A stretch of DNA of 64,000 bases from Eledone cirrhosa (lineage: Eukaryota), in contig OZ024741.1 of assembly GCA_964016885.1 (NCBI GenBank), positions 370,574,001-370,638,000 on the forward strand. The letters run 5' to 3'. Under the pieces are notes generated by a model, which saw only the letters and a list, made by a program, of their open reading frames with translations, ran no database searches and had not been told where the DNA came from. The translations under genes were made by a program, and so were the position numbers. The first letter of the stretch is position 1. The number at the start of each line of letters is the position of its first letter. Shown piece after piece: positions 53,654 through 64,000 of the stretch.

Positions 53654-53702
53654 CAGGGGGCTCAAACATACGGCCCGCGGACTACTTTTCTGTGGCCCGT
53701 GG
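53654..53702 (+). mobile_element. hAT/Charlie-type terminal fragment
   Basis: CAGGGGGCTCAAAC followed by GGCCCG subterminal repeats. Confidence 0.5.
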
Positions 53703-53744
53703 TAGAACCAATATTTCATATTGCATTATAACCGGTTAAAAAAA

Positions 53745-53960
53745 GGCGGTGAGCTGGTGGAATCGTTAGCACATCTGGCGAAATGGTTAACGGTACTTCT
53801 TCCGTTTTTACGTTCTGGGTTCAAATTCCGCCGATCTCAACTTTGCCTTTCACCCTTTTGCGGTCGATGAATTAAGTACCAGTTGTGTACTAGGATCGAT
53901 GTAATCGACTGACCTTAAAGCCCAAATTTCATGCCTTGTTCCTATAGTAGAAATGATTAT
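53745..53960 (+). mobile_element. tRNA-derived SINE
   Basis: A box GAGCTGGTGGAATCGTTAG, B box GGTTCAAATTCC, central GCCTTTCACCCTTTTGCGGTCGATGAATTAAGTACCAG (Meta-domain-like). Confidence 0.8.
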
Positions 53961-54086
53961 AAATGGTGAAAATCTTCACCCACCACAACGTTTGGTCCAC
54001 TGTGCCTCTCCTCCAGGACGTAATGGCCCTTTTGTGTCCTTGAGTTTGAGACCCTTCTTCTACACACACACACACACACACATATA

Positions 54087-54118
<32 letters not shown>

Positions 54119-54150
54119 GTTAAAAGAATAGAGGTGTAACACAAGTTATT

Positions 54151-54543
54151 ATATATTGGTAAACAGAATAGAAAATGCTGACAAATTGTTCACAGTTGAA
54201 AAATGGTTTAATTAGGAATAAAAGAGTATTAGTGATTGTATGGGTTAGTATTCAGTTGTGGTTTTAAGTTTTTAAGTTTTTACCGGTTGCGCATTTCTAA
54301 ATGCTTTTCAAAAATAATTTTGAGATAGAGTGTCCGTGCTGTTTACTCTGATCTCAGCAAACAGCACGGACACTCTATCTCAAAATTATTTTTGAAAAGC
54401 ATTTAGAAATGCGCAACCGGTAAAAACTTAAAAACTTAAAACCACAACTGAATACTAACCCATACAATCACTAATACTCTTTTATTACTAATTAAACCAT
54501 TTTTCAACTGTGAACAATTTGTCAGCATTTTCTATTCCGTTTA

Positions 54544-54551
<8 letters not shown>
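54151..54551. repeat. Near-perfect ~400 bp palindrome (head-to-head pLTR pair with a degenerate hammerhead in each arm)
   Basis: Arms 54151-54344 / 54359-54551; TTTT TTGAAAA GCATT-TAGA-AATGC GCAA CCGG TA AAAA at 54388-54426. Confidence 0.85.
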
Positions 54552-54604
<53 letters not shown>

Positions 54605-54893
54605 TTTACTTGTTTTCTGCCTCTGGACTACGCCCATGCTGGAGCATCATCTTGGTAAGTTATGGGGACGTCAACAAACCTACAAGCATTGGTGGGAAGG
54701 CAAACACAAACGAAAAGACACGCACAGACATATATACATATATACGACGAGCTTCTTTTAGTTTCGGTCTATCAAATTCACTCACAGGGCTTTGGTCGGC
54801 CCAGCAGTGGGACTGAAACCGGAAACATGTGGTTGGGAAGCAAGCTTCTTGTCACACTGCGCATATGTATAAATATATATATATGCACACTTT

Positions 54894-55118
54894 GACCAGG
54901 TCGGTTGTTCTTTATTCTCTCTCGTCTACGATTTCACAGAACTTATGTTCACCGATTTCAGGGACTTGACTCCTTCTTCCTCCCGTTTCACCTGTGCGAA
55001 ATTCTTTCCTTGCTCACATTTCGACCAGGTTTGATGGTCTTTATTCTCTCTCGTCCATGTTTTCACAGAACTTATGTTCATCGATTTCAGGGACTTGACT
55101 CCTTCTTCCTCACTTTTC
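54894..55118. repeat. Direct tandem duplication, period 129 bp
   Basis: GACCAGGT..CAGAACTTATGTTCA.CGATTTCAGGGACTTGACTCCTTCTTCCTC at 54894 and 55023. Confidence 0.85.
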
Positions 55119-55372
55119 GTTGCATTACCATCTTTGATTGTTTACAGTCTCGCTCGTTCCCCTTATTTACGTGTCGCAACGACTTTTTTTAGCCGTTGCT
55201 CGCACCAACCGGAGGTATATAGTCTTTAAAGCGATGAAATACCAATGAAGGTTGGAAAATCACTGATGAGGGACTAAATTTATTTATATATATATATATT
55301 TTGGCCTCCAAAAGCAACGGTCAATTTTTAAAGGGGTACGTCAATGTCTATTTATAAAACTGTTATATATTG

Positions 55373-55437
55373 TATTTTGTCTGATGAAGGCATACCATAA
55401 TGTAACTTGGTATCCTTGAAATATATATAATGAAATA
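55373..55437 (+). ncRNA. Minimal type I hammerhead ribozyme, intact core
   Basis: TATTTTGT CTGATGA AGGCATACCA..TGGTATCCTT GAAA TATATA TA ATGAAATA; same pLTR family as 11511. Confidence 0.8.
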
Positions 55438-56629
55438 AATATGGTTTTATAAATATAGTTTCCATTTATTAATATCGTATATATATATATATATATAACA
55501 AAGGAATTGTGGGTAGGAACCAGATGAACCCTAACGCACCAGAGTACTCAATACTTAGGGTAGTAGAGTGGGAAATAGGAAAAAGTATGACCCCGACGGC
55601 AGAGCTAAATTAGAATGGACTAAATTTGAATTTTTAGCCTGGTGAATAAATAGCCGAACTTGTCAAGGGGGTACTTCCTTATATGGCAGGATTGTAGTTG
55701 TCAAGAGGATTGGTTAAAATTTGTTGTAAACACAAATAAGTCTATCATGGCATTTGGTGGGAGTAGGGATGGCTGAACTTGCCTGTAGAACAATGGGGGT
55801 TGAGTGGAGCCGGTCAAGCGTTGAAAGTGATATGTATACAGCAGATTCTGAGGATAGTGTATGAAATGGAGGAGGGAGGTTATAGAATAGGTAATTCGAA
55901 TGAGAGTAGGAGACAATAAAAGATAAAAGAAAGAAATAAAAAAAATATAAAATTAGATAGTGAGAAATGAATTTAAAAAATCACAATGCTATCTTACAAA
56001 TACAGGTTAATAAGTTGAGAATAGAAAAAAATTGTAGAAATGGAGTAGTAACAAAACTGATACAAAATTAAAGGGGTCTAACACATCTGCTATACGTAGT
56101 TAGTAAAACGTATTCGGCCAAATCTATCTTAAAATTACAAGGGTGGGGGAACTGATGCTACAGAGGCCCGATGGGCTGCATCCGGGTAGGCGAAAGAGAA
56201 AAGCAGACGAGGAAGAAAATAGGGGTGGAAGGAAGTGATAGGATGAGACAGGGGGAAGAAGAAGATATAGAGGAAAAGAAAAGAGATACATCTACCTATG
56301 TAAGCTGGGGCTTTCCCTAACTTATTCGGCAAGTGGGGGGGGGAGTATCAGCCCTTGTCTACCCACCCGGGTCGTTATGGGGTTTGAGGGCGAGGTAAGT
56401 CCTATGCAATCTGTGTCTGCATGCGGTTACCAGTTCGTCGTTCAGAATACGTTTCGTCTAAATTCACCGCCCAGAAGACGTAACGCTGCTTTGTCGTTTT
56501 GAATTTACCGCCAGCAATGTTAATTCCGCGCGTTGTTAGATATCATGCTGTTTCGTGTCTCTCTTCCTGGCTTTCTGTTATATCAGAGTGAGTAACATGG
56601 TTGATAATAGTAATGAATTTACCTATTGC

Positions 56630-57115
56630 ACCGGTGTACTGGCAGAATCGGTAGAGCGTCGGGCAACAAGCTTTGCAACATAAAGTTACGGCTCTTTGCG
56701 TTCTGAGTTCAAATCCCGCCGAGGTTAGCTTCGCCTTTCATCCTTAGGGGTCGATAAAATAAAGTACCAGTAATGCAATGGGGTAATCGCTGGTCTTATG
56801 CCAAAAGTAAAAACAATTATCTTTATCTTCATTTGCATAAGATTCACTTTGAAGCTTTTTGGCTATTGTGCCACGTATCACCTTCCGCAGTAAAGCATTT
56901 ATCTTTTCGTCCAAATAGCTGTTGTGCATTGATAGTGTCGGTAAAGCGTCAGACAGCATGCTTTGTAACATATAGTTATGGCCCTTTACATTCTGAGTTA
57001 AAATCCCGCCTTTCATCCTTATCGGGTCGATAAAATAAAGTACCAGTAATGCACTGGGGTCGACTTTCCCTTCCCCTAAAATTGTTGGCCCTTGTACCTT
57101 AAGTAGACACCATTA
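56630..57115 (+). mobile_element. Two adjacent tRNA-derived SINE copies (about 56630-56790 and 56925-57115)
   Basis: CTGGCAGAATCGGTAG, GAGTTCAAATCCC, and GCCTTTCATCCTT..GGGTCGATAAAATAAAGTACCAG twice. Confidence 0.8.
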
Positions 57116-57605
57116 TTGCAAAAACTATTTAATTACTGTTGTGGGTTTTGAACTTTGTTATTCTCTCTCCGTATGTTGCAGCAAGTCACCATTGTACTGT
57201 TGTTTATACAACGCTTGCACGAAAACACTCTGCGGCCTTATGCCTGATGAGCCTCAAAAATACGACTCCACGGTCATTACCACTCACTACTTCCACCAGA
57301 TTTGCCTGCTTTTTTCATTCCTTGCCTATGTTCATTACTTGCTAATGTTCTTGATACGTGTTTGTGTAGAATTTAATCTCTTCAAATGCTCCTGTTGATA
57401 TGCTGGTATGTTTGTATAATTATTAATTATGAATTAACTATGAATAATTATTAATTAATTATAATTGATTGATTCATTGTTTGCATGCATATACAAGTTT
57501 CTCATCTGTAAAGAAACGATTGTAGAGATTAAAGGATCGGTTTAATATAAAAACTTTGGTTTTCTTCAATTTATATATATATAAGTGTGTGTGTTTGTGT
57601 GTGTG

Positions 57606-57653
<48 letters not shown>

Positions 57654-57662
57654 TGTGTGTGT

Positions 57663-57741
<79 letters not shown>

Positions 57742-57786
57742 TAGTAGAGGAATCCACTGTTATTTTTGGTAATGTGTGTAACCATT

Positions 57787-57847
<61 letters not shown>

Positions 57848-57962
57848 GATAAGCAGAACAAGTAAAATTCAACCAATTTTTCAAAATAAATTAAAATTAA
57901 TATACAATTAAAATTAATCAAAATTAAAAAAATACAATATAAATATTTACCTATTCAAATGG

Positions 57963-58040
57963 CCCTAACTGTACAGTTTCACGGTGCAAAACATTAAATA
58001 TCACGAGGATATTAATGGAAAAGCAACGATCATCAGAGAA
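57963..58040 (-). ncRNA. Type I hammerhead ribozyme with extended helix II
   Basis: TTCT CTGATGA TCGTTGC..CATTAATATC..GATATTTAATG..GCACCGT GAAA CTGTACAG TT AGGG. Confidence 0.7.
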
Positions 58041-58389
58041 GCATTTTCCTGTCCTAGGGTTAAAAACCCCAGGAACGACAAAATATATGACCTCACTCCA
58101 ACTAATACAGGTCTAAAAGGTCGTGAAAGTGACCCGTAAATACATTGGTGTATAGTGAAGGCGGGAAATCGTAGACTCGCCGTCTATAATCGCCACTAAA
58201 AAAAGATTTTTAGTAATTAAATAGAACGACAAATTTTTATCTCTACATACTGGAGATTATTGAATAAGGTTAATATATATCTGAGGGTACAATGTACCCC
58301 CGGAAATATATAGTGTGTCTATGATTTAAGGTGGTTCTATGGTAATAATTTGATATACCAGAACTTATATATATATGTGTGTGTGTATA

Positions 58390-58442
<53 letters not shown>

Positions 58443-58447
58443 AATCT

Positions 58448-58514
58448 TATATTCTATCTGATGAAAACTTACTTAAACACCATTGTACCTTTGAAATATG
58501 TATAATAAAATATA
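58448..58514 (+). ncRNA. Hammerhead ribozyme motif (weak helix II)
   Basis: TATATTCTAT CTGATGA AAA..TTT GAAA TATGTA TA ATAAAATATA. Confidence 0.65.
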
Positions 58515-58559
58515 TATTTTGATTATGAGAATATTTTTCATTTATTAATATTTCGAATA

Positions 58560-58682
<123 letters not shown>

Positions 58683-58693
58683 ATATATATATT

Positions 58694-59025
58694 TATTTAA
58701 GAAAAGGAAAAGAATGACTTCACTTGTAGTTCTAAACAATTTAATTTAATTTTACAATATTATAATTTTACAATTTGCTTTTGTAGAACTAGTAAGTTCT
58801 TTGTTAACTTCGGTGGGGAGATTTTTAAAGATTCCTGGTTAACTTTCCTAGAGAACTTTCTCACATTCGTCGGTGGCGATTACCACTGATAAATGCGAGA
58901 AAGTTCTCCGCCGAAGTTAACAAACAACTTACTAGATCTACAAAAGCAAATTGTAAAATTATATTATAAAATTAAATTAAATTGTTTAGAACTAACAGTG
59001 ATGTCATTCTTTTCCTTTTTTTAAA
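58694..59025. repeat. Imperfect palindrome between (TA)n tracts
   Basis: AGAAAAGGAAAAGAATGAC.. / ..GTCATTCTTTTCCTTTT; about 30-bp indel between arms. Confidence 0.8.
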
Positions 59026-59059
59026 TATATACCTAACTGTACCAGGATTTCATAGGTTT

Positions 59060-59191
<132 letters not shown>

Positions 59192-59212
59192 AATATTCTC
59201 ATAATCAAAATA

Positions 59213-59279
59213 TATATTTTATTATACATATTTCAAAGGTACAATGGTGTTTCAGTAAGTTTTCATCAGATAGAATATA
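59213..59279 (-). ncRNA. Hammerhead motif, inverted copy of 58448-58514
   Basis: Reverse complement of 58448-58514, one difference seen. Confidence 0.65.
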
Positions 59280-59284
59280 AGATT

Positions 59285-59493
<209 letters not shown>

Positions 59494-59494
59494 A

Positions 59495-59585
59495 AGGCGT
59501 GTAGCTGAGTGGTTAGAGAATTGGATTCACAATGTTGAGGTTGTGAGTTCGATTCCTGGACCGACACTTTATTTCACGTTGCTCC
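59495..59585 (+). mobile_element. tRNA-derived SINE head (second family)
   Basis: TAGCTGAGTGGTTAG (A box), GAGTTCGATTCC (B box), ACACTTTATTTCACGTTGCTCC; relatives near 5444-5530 and 37830-37940. Confidence 0.6.
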
Positions 59586-59712
59586 TTCTACCTGGAGTTG
59601 CGACCGATAGATACTACTAGTAACTGGAAAGACCAACGGAAACACTGTTTCCTCGGTTCGATTTGACGAAAGTCGATCGATTTTTTATTTTCTTTTTTCA
59701 TATATATATATA

Positions 59713-60292
59713 TATATTTGTTTTCTTTAGGTCGTTTTGGAAGCCTCAACAATGCAGATGTGTAATTCTCCGGGTAACAGGATCCGGTGGTGAAGAGAGA
59801 GATGTAAGGAAATGTAGAATGAGACGTATAGTGTGTAGAAGAACGTAGGAAAGAGCGTAAAAAATAAAAATAATAACACGAGATAGAGTTACCTTGGGAG
59901 AGATTTAATTGTCCCTATATTTCGGATTCGCATCCATCAACTGGGGGGTTTTCCGGGGGGGGGGTTATCTGTCGGAGAGAAACGGTACGTTCTGCAGAAT
60001 ACCTCAGTTAGTCACAAACAGCGAACAGCAGAGGACACGTACCGTTCCTCTCCGACAGATAAACCCCCTCCCATGCGAATTCAAAATATAGGGACAATTA
60101 AATCTCTCCCAGAGTAACTCTATCTCGTATTATTATTTTTATTTTTTACGCTCTTTCCTACGTTCCTCTACACACTATACATCTCATTCTACATTCCCTT
60201 ACATCTCTCTCTTCACCACCGGATCCTGTTACCCGGGGACTTACCCATTTGCATTGTTGAGGCTTCCAAAACGACCAAAAGAAAATAAATAT
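59713..60292. repeat. Imperfect ~580 bp palindrome
   Basis: Arms about 59713-59990 / 60037-60292; the left arm holds GGAT-GCGA-ATCC GAAA TATA GGGAC on the minus strand. Confidence 0.85.
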
Positions 60293-60332
60293 TATTATTC
60301 CACAATGCTTCAAGTAAACTTCAATACTCTCT

Positions 60333-60365
<33 letters not shown>

Positions 60366-60397
60366 AGAAATTAAAAGATGGTTAAAAAAGTTCCATA

Positions 60398-60467
60398 TAT
60401 TTTATTATGCGCATTTCGAAAACAACATCATCCTGGGACAAAAATTGTGTTCTCATCAGATAAAATA
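60398..60467 (-). ncRNA. Minimal type I hammerhead ribozyme, intact core
   Basis: TATTTTAT CTGATGA GAACACAA..TTGTTTTC GAAA TGCGCA TA ATAAAATA; perfect 8-bp helix I, palindromic helix III. Confidence 0.85.
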
Positions 60468-61161
60468 AGGTAACATGATGTGAGGCATAATAACACTTGT
60501 TTACAGGAAAGTGCTAAGTCTACATATGACAGAAATATACGAGTAAAAAAAAGATAAGTAAATAGAAGAAAAGGGGAGAAGAAGGAGAAAAAGGAAAAAG
60601 AAATAGAAGAGAGGAAAAAAGGAAAAAAGATAAAAGGAAGAGAGAGAAAGAGAAAGAGAAAGTGAGAGAGAGAAACTTTTGATCAGGAACGCTGTGAAAA
60701 TGAAAACAGTTGTAAATAACGGTTAAAAAGTAAATTGATGAGGTGTATGTGCGAATATTATAGGTGTTCAAATATTAGAGGTCTAAAATATAGAAACTGG
60801 GTATATTATTTTATATTGGGTTTAAATACTAAAACTTGGATTAAGAAGTGTAAAAATGTATTAATAAAATAAAATTAAAATAAAATAAGTATAAAAAAGG
60901 TTTTTAAATTAAAATAAAATACAATAAAAAAAATAAAAATAGTTTATCTATGTCAAAATTAAAAATCTATATATATATGTGGGGTATACTATTTAATTAT
61001 TATTTTATATCAACAAGTAAATAAAGGAAATTGGTAGAATGATTTATAAACGTAGAAAAATCATATGACGTCATGATGTGTTTACAAAATCTACGAAGGT
61101 TTGAACGAAAATGTAAGGCTATAGAAAAATGGTCAAAGGCTTAATATTAGAATAACCAGTT

Positions 61162-61374
61162 CATATTAGAATAAAAGAACACCTCAACACTAACACTTCC
61201 TCATTTAAGAAACACCTAGTGAAATGCAAAAACACCGACAAAAACATAATAGTTAGGTTAGAAGCTAAGGAAAGAAAACTCGGCAATCTTAGAATTAAAG
61301 AAGCACTAATTATAGACAAAACACAACCACCAATCAATAACAGACTAGAACTCAACACCCAATATTTAACATGA
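61162..61374 (+). pseudogene. Penelope-like element GIY-YIG endonuclease C-terminus
   Basis: Manual translation HIRIKEHLNTNTSSFKKHLVKC..LRIKEALIIDKTQPPINNRLE; not in the ORF track; hammerhead-like motif 370 bp downstream. Confidence 0.75.
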
Positions 61375-61740
61375 TAGAGCACGTTGCCCCACACTTACAC
61401 CTCCACGCACCATCTCACACACACACACGCGCTTACACCTTCACTTATTCTCTCACATACACACACAGACCAGTTTTAACATGATAGAGCATCTAGCTCC
61501 CAGTTTTACATATAAACATATCCTCTCACACTCACACACACACACACGCGCATGCTTACATCTTAACGTATTCTCCTACACACACTGAGACATACATGTC
61601 GAAACCCTTTTAAAGGGAGCCAACCCCTTTATCCATTTAACCTTCACTCTTTGACATTAGAAATAGAATGGAATTTCTATACTATTTCCTGTCAGCATGA
61701 CTTAGCAAGCTAATTAGAACACTGGATTAACCCTTTTACT

Positions 61741-61778
61741 TCCCTCCGAAGAAGAGATATTATCTCGAAAATTAAGGA
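61741..61778 (+). ncRNA. Degenerate hammerhead in a Penelope 3' pLTR
   Basis: TCCCT CCGAAGA A GAGAT-ATT-ATCTC GAAA AT TA AGGA, then AATAAA; downstream of the GIY-YIG remnant. Confidence 0.55.
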
Positions 61779-61904
61779 TATTCAAATAAATATATATTTT
61801 GCATTTGTATTTATATTCTATATCCATACCTGCATTATTTTGGCCTTCTAACTCCAAACGTTTATACCTCACTACGCAATGCTTCAAGTAAACTACAATT
61901 TCCT

Positions 61905-61985
<81 letters not shown>

Positions 61986-62111
61986 TATTTATATATATAT
62001 ATATATATGAATATATATTCTATATTTATATATATATATTAAAGAGTTAAACAAGATTCAATGAGTACATCAAAGAATGTGCTTTACAGTAGATTGGAAT
62101 TAATACTAATA

Positions 62112-62222
<111 letters not shown>

Positions 62223-62554
62223 GATATACATCATAGTAAATACATGCACCTATGTTGTAGTTATTGCCCTCTTGTCTTGTGCCAGACATGCAGCATAGGC
62301 AACATTGACTTCATCCATCGCTTAATTCTGCACCTGCGCACAACTGAGACGTCATAACAAAACTAAAACAATAAAAAGAAAATGAAAAAGGAATAACGAC
62401 GACGAAAACAACAACAACAGAAACAACGTTAATCAGACCACCGCAACAACAACTAGACAACTTTTTGTTCGTTATTACCTATTGGGTAATCACGTTGCCA
62501 GATCTCGCCACTTGGCATCAATGACAAATCGTTGCTTTACGATCGAACACACAC

Positions 62555-62602
<48 letters not shown>

Positions 62603-63010
62603 GCACACACACACACACACACACACACGCGCGCACACACGCACACACACACACACATACGCGCACACACAAACGCACACACATACACACATAAACACAC
62701 ACACACACATACATAGACACATAAACACCTACACAAACACACGCACATACACAAAAGCACATACATACAAACATAAACACAACCACACACACATATACAG
62801 ACACACAGAGACGCACACACGCATACACACATAAACACACACACACATACAGACGCATAAACACATACATAAACATACACACACAAGCGCACACACATAC
62901 ACACATACACACACATACACACAACGTACACACACACACACATAAAAACGCACACATACATATACACAAACTCGCACACACAGTACACAACACACAAACA
63001 CACACACACA

Positions 63011-63042
<32 letters not shown>

Positions 63043-63119
63043 GACACACACACACAATCACTCACACGCACACACAAATGCACACACACATACATGCGCA
63101 TACACACTACAAAACAAAC

Positions 63120-63304
63120 TAGTTAGTGTAATGTTTGTATATGTATGCCTGTGTGTATGTGAGTATATATGTGTGTGTGTGTGTGTGAGAGAGTATATGT
63201 GTATCTGTGTGAGTGTGTGTGTGTGTGTATATGTGTATGTTTGTGTAATGTGTTTATATATATATATATTTGTATGTGAGTGTAAATGTGCGTTTGTGTA
63301 GTGT

Positions 63305-63360
<56 letters not shown>

Positions 63361-63391
63361 ATGTGAGTGTGTAGGTATGTTTGCGTAGTGT

Positions 63392-63428
<37 letters not shown>

Positions 63429-63455
63429 TGTGTGTGAGTGTGTGTGTGTGTGTGT

Positions 63456-63487
<32 letters not shown>

Positions 63488-63549
63488 TTATATATATATG
63501 TGTGTGTGTGAGTGTGTAGGAATGTTTGTGTAGTGTGTTTATATATATT

Positions 63550-63595
<46 letters not shown>

Positions 63596-63685
63596 AGTGT
63601 GTAGGTATGTTTGTGTAGTGTGTTTATATATATATATATATGTGCGTGTGTGTATGAGTGCGTAGGTATGTTTGTGTAGTGTGTT

Positions 63686-63720
<35 letters not shown>

Positions 63721-63787
63721 ATGTTTGTGTAGTGTGTTTATATATATATATATGTGTGTGTGTGTAGGTATGTTTGTGTAGTGTGTT

Positions 63788-63829
<42 letters not shown>

Positions 63830-64000
63830 AGTGTGTAGGTATGTTTGTGTAGTGTGTTTATATATATATATGTGTGTGTGTGTGAGTGTATAGGTATGTT
63901 TGTGTAGTGTGTTTATATATATATATATGTTTGTGTAGTGTGTTTATATATATATGTGTGTGTGTATGAGTGTAGGTATGTTTGTGTAGTGTGTTTATAT
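63120..64000. repeat. Compound satellite: GTAGGTATGTTTGTGTAGTGTGTT-(TA)n-(TG)n-AGT units
   Basis: About ten units with a fixed core and variable microsatellite lengths; runs off the window. Confidence 0.9.

Noticed and set aside
53745-53830. tRNA genes
   Set aside because: A and B boxes run into SINE bodies and no full cloverleaf forms
57244-57275. CTGATGA motifs at 57244, 55263, 15092 and 6620 as hammerheads
   Set aside because: No properly placed helix II plus GAAA or complementary helix I

Overview
Repeat-saturated, AT-rich eukaryotic DNA. The (TA)n/(CA)n/(TATC)n microsatellites and SINE types suggest a mollusc, probably an octopus/cephalopod (inference). No host protein-coding gene is clearly supported, and most ORF-track entries are microsatellite translations or antisense shadows. 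Main content: (1) a Tx1-clade (L1-group) non-LTR retrotransposon in six copies from about four subfamilies, all joined to (TATC)n/(GATA)n tracts, without poly(A), in two head-to-tail chains (15706-24792 minus; 43721-53613 plus) that include two near-identical full-length 5.7 kb copies; (2) more than a dozen minimal type I hammerhead-ribozyme motifs in Penelope-like pLTR remnants beside (TA)n, many in inverted pairs or palindromes whose arms share the same core mutations; (3) a ~600 bp bipartite non-autonomous RTE derivative, triplicated in tandem; (4) decayed hAT, RTE and Penelope coding remnants, MITEs (one Merlin-like with an 8-bp TSD), a Helitron-type end, tRNA-derived SINEs and Thr-rich minisatellites. 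All calls come from reading the sequence by eye; no searches were run.
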